This document shows, piece by piece, positions 62,661 through 64,000 of a DNA stretch of 64,000 nt. The stretch is from the human T2T-CHM13v2.0 reference genome, Homo sapiens: the NCBI RefSeq assembly GCF_009914755.1, contig NC_060926.1, one strand, 5' to 3'. The translations under genes and the position numbers were made by a program. Below the pieces are notes generated by a model. That model made no database searches. It worked only from the letters and a program-made list of their open reading frames with translations, and was not told where the DNA came from. Numbering within the stretch: position 1 is the stretch's first letter; each line of letters opens with the position of its first letter.

Positions 62661-64000
62661 GAAGCCATAGCTGGAATTCTAAACGGTGTGAGTGTGTGTC
62701 CCATTTGAAAAAGCACATCCAACCTAAACATTTATATGAAAAAATGGAAAGATATACCCATTGTTTTGGAATACAAACTACAGAAAGTAACAGTTAACAG
62801 AATCTTAGTGGAAAGATAAGATTCCACATCTGGAAAGGCAGAGTGATTTTCAACTGGGTTGTGTGTCCTTAACTGAGGAAGGGAAGATGAAATTTATGTT
62901 TATTAAAAGGCAGCTATGAATTTACCTTTTATAAAGAGCTTACAATATACTATTAGTGCTTCTTCAATCATGTGTCTGAATCACCCGGATGCCTGTGTAA
63001 ATGCAAATTCCCAGAGATTCTGATCCTGTGAGCCTAGGATGGGGCCCAGAAATCTCTATGGGGTGGTGCAGGCTGCCCCAGGACCACACCTAAGAAACAC
63101 TGCAACTAGCCCACACACACATCCAAGTCCCCAGATATGTAGGCAGGCATATTATCTCCGTAAAACAGATGGGGAAACTGAGGTCCAGAATGGGGAAATC
63201 ACCCAGCAAGTAGTAGCAGAGACATGATACACCCACTGCCTGCAGACACCATCCCTGATGACAGCTTCACCTCCCTACAGGAACCTTGCCTACCCCCACC
63301 CCTATGTCCTGCCACCCCTATGGTGGGTCTCTGTCCAAGGAAGATGTAGCCCTGGTCCTCCAGGCTGACTGGGGCTCAGAGGAAAAGCCTGGCCCAGACT
63401 GTAGGAGCTAGAAGGGCCCTTGCAATTCAGGTGGGGAAACTGAGGCCCAAAGAAGGCAGTCTTCACATTTGAACTCTGCCTGGAGAAGGGCTGGGTCTCC
63501 TTCCTGAGTGGTAGGTTTGACTTCATCAGCCTGGCCCTCAGTCAAGGTGACTGTCCAGGCCCACCACACCTCGAGGTGGGTGACCAGAGGCATCAGTGCC
63601 ATAAAATGCATTTCTTGGGAGATCCACCCTGAAAGCGCAAAACATTCCAGGGCTGGTGATTTGGGCAAGCCCCCTTCCCTCTAGGCCCAGTTTCCCCATT
63701 TCTGCAATAGCTGTGTTGGAGGAGACTTCTCTCTGAGACTGAGCCGCAGATTTGTTCCCAGGTGCCTACGCCGCACAGGTTGCCGGCTCCTCTGTCCCCA
63801 CTCTTCAAGAAAGTCACCTCTTAGGTGAGGAAGGAGTCTCGGCCCTGTTGGGAGTGGGAGTTGGTTCACCCCCAGTCTCCCAGACCACTGGGGATGACCT
63901 GGGCTGCCTGCAAAGATGGTGTCATCCATGGCTGCTCCCCAGCCTGCAGACACCCACCATGGAGGGTGACACTGGCTCTCCCAGTGGCTCTGAGAAGAGG

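Overview
Human (or near-human hominid) genomic DNA. The window holds two complete, head-to-head spliced genes sharing a CpG-island promoter, with start codons about 447 bp apart. MCEE (methylmalonyl-CoA epimerase) is on the minus strand: 3 coding exons, 531 nt, 176 aa. MPHOSPH10 (U3 snoRNP protein Mpp10) is on the plus strand: 11 coding exons, 2046 nt, 681 aa. I checked all exon boundaries by hand for GT-AG and phase. Introns and flanks are dense in Alu, L1, L2, MaLR, ERV1 LTR and DNA-transposon fossils, which explain almost all of the short ORFs in the track. The most unusual object is a minus-strand HERV-H provirus (54831-62660; LTR7B-like LTRs with 6 mismatches in 431 bp; GAAGC TSD; tRNA-His PBS). 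It carries a full-length SVA inserted in reverse-transcriptase motif A. It also carries a 377-bp second copy of pol placed directly behind the PBS, replacing the normal leader and major splice donor; this copy is about 5% diverged from the resident pol, more than the LTRs are from each other. Other candidates are a perfect in-frame cryptic donor inside MCEE exon 2, a solo LTR7C pointing at MCEE, a spacer-less inverted Alu fusion, and an ancient degenerate minisatellite. I see no evidence for a wholly new gene system. Repeat subfamily names come from recalled consensus sequences, not from a search.
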